From Alphaproteobacteria bacterium (lineage in GTDB: Bacteria; Pseudomonadota; Alphaproteobacteria; UBA7985; JAUIBT01): a stretch of DNA of 32,000 nucleotides. The notes under the pieces are model-generated. The model worked only from the letters and a program-made list of their open reading frames with translations, was not told the origin of the DNA and made no database searches. The stretch covers positions 12,754 to 44,753 of the forward strand of contig JAUIDR010000026.1 in the NCBI GenBank assembly GCA_030428565.1, written 5' to 3'. Made by a program: the position numbers and the translations under genes. Below are positions 29,190 through 32,000 of the stretch, one piece after another. The first letter of the stretch is position 1. Every line of letters begins with the position of its first letter.

Positions 29190-30209
29190 GTGCTTCAAAA
29201 AAATTGGACCGATTTGATCAAGCCGACCGAGCTGGTTGTCAACCCTGGCGCGGACCCCAGCCGTATGGCGGTCGCGGTGGCGGAACCGCTGGAGCGTGGC
29301 TTTGGTCTGACCCTGGGGAACGCGCTGCGTCGCGTCCTGTTGTCGTCTTTGCAAGGCGCGGCGGTTACCAGCATTCAAATCGACGGCGTGCTGCACGAGT
29401 TCGCCTCGATCGACGGTGTGCGTGAAGACGTGACCGATATCGTCATCAACGTGAAGAAGTTGGCATTGCGCATGCATGCCGAAGGCCCAAAGCGCATGCG
29501 TTTGCGCGGCAACGGCCCGGGCGTTCTGACCGCCGGCATGATTGATTGCGGTTCTGACGTCGAGATCATGAACCCCGACCACGTTATCGCGACCTTGGAC
29601 GAAGGCTCTGTCTTCAACATGGAGCTGACCTGCAACACGGGCAAGGGCTACGTGCCGGCCGCTGCCAACCGCCCGGACGATGCGCCGATTGGCCTGGTGC
29701 CGGTTGATTCGATTTTCTCGCCGGTTCGCTCGGTCTCCTACAAGGTGGACAACACCCGTGTTGGTCAGGTGACCGACTATGACAAGCTGACTGTCAACCT
29801 GGAAACGACGGGCGCCGTCAGCCCTGAGGATGCTCTGGCCGTTGCCGCGCGTATCCTGCAGGACCAATTGCAGCTGTTCGTCAACTTCGAAGAACCTTCG
29901 CAGGCTGGCAAGCAAGAAGAGACGCGCGACGAGCTGCCGTTCAACAAGAACTTGCTGCGCCGTGTCGAAGAACTGGAATTGTCGGTTCGCTCGGCCAACT
30001 GCCTGAAGAACGACAACATCGTTTACATCGGCGATTTGGTTCAAAAGACCGAAGCCGAAATGCTGCGCACGCCGAACTTTGGCCGCAAGTCCTTGAACGA
30101 GATCAAGGAAGTGCTGTCGCAGATGGGCCTGCACTTGGGAATGGAAGTCACCGACTGGCCGCCTGAGAACATCGAAGACCTAGCCAAGCGCGTCGAAGAC
30201 CCGTTCTAA
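29190..30209 (+). CDS. rpoA: DNA-directed RNA polymerase subunit alpha (GTG start)
   Basis: [20 protein letters not shown]...[40 protein letters not shown]...; AAGGA about 9 nt upstream of the GTG at 29190. The track starts at a TTG at 29166. Confidence 0.95.
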   Translation: MLQKNWTDLIKPTELVVNPGADPSRMAVAVAEPLERGFGLTLGNALRRVLLSSLQGAAVTSIQIDGVLHEFASIDGVREDVTDIVINVKKLALRMHAEGPKRMRLRGNGPGVLTAGMIDCGSDVEIMNPDHVIATLDEGSVFNMELTCNTGKGYVPAAANRPDDAPIGLVPVDSIFSPVRSVSYKVDNTRVGQVTDYDKLTVNLETTGAVSPEDALAVAARILQDQLQLFVNFEEPSQAGKQEETRDELPFNKNLLRRVEELELSVRSANCLKNDNIVYIGDLVQKTEAEMLRTPNFGRKSLNEIKEVLSQMGLHLGMEVTDWPPENIEDLAKRVEDPF

Positions 30210-30359
30210 GCCTAGCGGACATCGCGCGGACCCCGGTTCGCGTCGCAAATCCCTCGAAGCCGGGGTTAAGGCTTCACAAGTCCAGGCGCCGTAAGCTCCC
30301 TTTGCTGCGTACTGTTACAAAAAACCCGCGCACCAATGCGCCCTTTGAGGAGATGACCC

Positions 30360-30785
30360 ATGCGTCACCGTCGTTCCGGCCGTCGCTTTAGCCGCACGGC
30401 TTCACACCGCAAAGCTATGTTTGGCAACATGGCGACCTCGCTGCTGTGGCACGAGCAAATCATTACCACTCTGCCCAAGGCAAAAGATTTGCGTCCCGTT
30501 GTGGAAAAGCTGATCACCAAAGCCAAAAAGGGTGGCTTGGCGAACCGTCGCGAAGTCTACAAGACCGTTAAGCAGGACGATGTTGTCCGCAAGCTGTTTG
30601 ATACCTTGGCCGAGCGCTACAAGGACCGCCCCGGCGGCTACGTGCGCGTTTTGAAGGCTGGTTTCCGCTATGGCGACATGACCCCCATGGCGGTCATCGA
30701 GTTGGTAGACCGTGATCCGGATGCCAAGGGCGCGCTGTTGTCCAACGAGCCCGAGCGCGATTTGGAAGTCGACGACGAGGAATAA
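30360..30785 (+). CDS. rplQ: 50S ribosomal protein L17
   Basis: [58 protein letters not shown]... Confidence 0.97.
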   Translation: MRHRRSGRRFSRTASHRKAMFGNMATSLLWHEQIITTLPKAKDLRPVVEKLITKAKKGGLANRREVYKTVKQDDVVRKLFDTLAERYKDRPGGYVRVLKAGFRYGDMTPMAVIELVDRDPDAKGALLSNEPERDLEVDDEE

Positions 30786-30849
30786 ATCTCGCACGGCAAA
30801 TCTGCTAACACGGCCTTTTGGTCGGCGTAAGTGCAGAGACAAGAATGAG

Positions 30850-30883
30850 AAAGGGACGGTCCAGCGGGCGCGTCCCTTTTTTT
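30850..30883 (+). terminator. Intrinsic terminator after rplQ
   Basis: AAAGGGACG-GTCCAGCGGGCG-CGTCCCTTTTTTT. Confidence 0.75.
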
Positions 30884-31280
30884 GTGCCCACGTTTTGCGC
30901 GCGCTGCCAAGGACAGCGGTGGCGAGCTGTCAGGGCGCGGTTGGGGTTGTGTATTTCTCACAGGGCTGTGAGAGGGCCAATATGGTCTCGCAAAGCCGGC
31001 CCAATTCATGCCTAATACCAACAGGCGACGGGCCGCCCTTGACCGGTCGCCGGTTCGATTGACCGACGCCCCCGCGTTCTCCGCCGCTCGGCCAAGCGCC
31101 TAAGGTCGGTTCTCAGGCGTCAATAACTCAGCTGGTCACCCGCATTAACGGTTGATTTGAGCACGCGGTGGCAAATTTTTTGCTCCGGCTCTCTATGGCA
31201 TCCACGCCAGGGCGCGCATGGGCTCTGATTTGCCTGTTTTGGGTAGTAGATTGGACCGTTTCCAGCGATTTTCGATGCAC

Positions 31281-32000
31281 CTATTCTATGGTTTGTCGCC
31301 GTTCATGGAAGACGAGACGGTCAAAGTTGTAGGCCAAGTTAGCCAGTGTCAGTTTAGCCTTGGCTCTAGCCAACCCAATGGTGCGTATGAACAGGCCATA
31401 GCGGTTCTTCTGGTGGGCAAAGACGTGCTCAACCTTGGCTCTGACAGAAGACTTCTTTGCATTCGCCTGTGATGTTGCCTGGGGCATGGGCTTGCCCTTC
31501 GGCTTTTTGCGATGGATTTTGCTCGTCATCATGCGCTTGGCGAGCCAGCCCTCGTTGTTCGTCGAACGATAGGCTGTATCTGCCCAGACACTCGAAGCCG
31601 TATTGCTTTTGTCGATAACATGCTTCAGCTGACGGCCATCACTGGCTGCTGCCGAGGTGACATGGCCTTTGCGGATAAAGCCATAGCGCCGATCAATGCT
31701 GATGTGCGTTTTATAGCCGAAGGTGGGGGTTGCGATCTGAGGCAAAGGGCTGCCGTCCGGGCGGTAGCGGATCTTGCCCCCTATCTTCAGTGTCCACCGG
31801 GCCGAGGTGTCCTTTTGGGCCGCCTTGTTGGGTTTGTCAGGCCAAATCTGCTCAGCGCTTTTGCCCTCTTTGATGGCCGCCTTCTCGTCCTCGGTATTGC
31901 GCTGCTTCGGGGCTTGGACCAACGAGGCATCGACGATCTGCCCACCCATGGGCAAGTAACCCGCTGAGCGCAAGTGCTGATCAAAGGCTTGGAACAGCGC
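31281..32000 (-). CDS. IS5-family transposase, C-terminal part (runs off right edge)
   Basis: Reverse strand reads ALFQAFDQHLRSAGYLPMGGQIVDASLVQAPKQRNTEDEKAAIKEG...KDTSARWTLK...FGYKTHISIDRRYGFIRKGHVTSAAASDG...VWADTAYRS...VRAKVEHVFAHQKNRYGLFIRTIGLARAKAKLTLANLAYNFDRL. This shows the DDE layout of IS5 transposases; the frame is open to 32000. Confidence 0.9.
   Translation of the reverse strand, partial: ALFQAFDQHLRSAGYLPMGGQIVDASLVQAPKQRNTEDEKAAIKEGKSAEQIWPDKPNKAAQKDTSARWTLKIGGKIRYRPDGSPLPQIATPTFGYKTHISIDRRYGFIRKGHVTSAAASDGRQLKHVIDKSNTASSVWADTAYRSTNNEGWLAKRMMTSKIHRKKPKGKPMPQATSQANAKKSSVRAKVEHVFAHQKNRYGLFIRTIGLARAKAKLTLANLAYNFDRLVFHERRQTIE
31281..32000 (-). mobile_element. Partial IS5-family insertion sequence (outer end not resolved)
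   Basis: Based on the transposase. Terminal inverted repeats cannot be matched because the other end is outside the window. Confidence 0.8.

Noticed and set aside
29019-30134. 371-aa reverse-strand ORF opposite rpoA
   Set aside because: Antisense to rpoA, with low-complexity/His-Gln-rich translation and no recognisable family. Treated as a shadow ORF.

Overview
The window is a nearly continuous informational-gene supercluster of alphaproteobacterial type. From left to right it holds: the 5' part of a divergent AMP nucleosidase gene (amn), rplJ-rplL, a small secreted Cys-rich repeat gene, rpoB-rpoC, rpsL-rpsG-fusA-tuf, rpsJ-rplC-rplD-rplW-rplB-rpsS-rplV-rpsC-rplP-rpmC-rpsQ-rplN-rplX-rplE-rpsN-rpsH-rplF-rplR-rpsE-rpmD-rplO-secY-adk-rpsM-rpsK-rpoA-rplQ, and an IS5-type transposase cut by the right edge. 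Almost all of it is ordinary core genome. The clearest anomaly is the ORF at 2179..2988, inserted between rplL and rpoB. It encodes a signal peptide followed by seven tandem ~34-aa modules, each with the spacing C-x6-C-x5-C-x5-C (28 Cys in total). It is bracketed by two hairpin plus U-tract terminators, which would separate rpoBC from rplJL. Several long spacers also contain hand-derived RNA helices: the rpoB leader, the rpoB-rpoC spacer, the rpsK-rpoA spacer and the rplJ leader. I found no CRISPR array, tRNA, rRNA or recognisable defence system. All folds and promoters were read by eye and are hypotheses.
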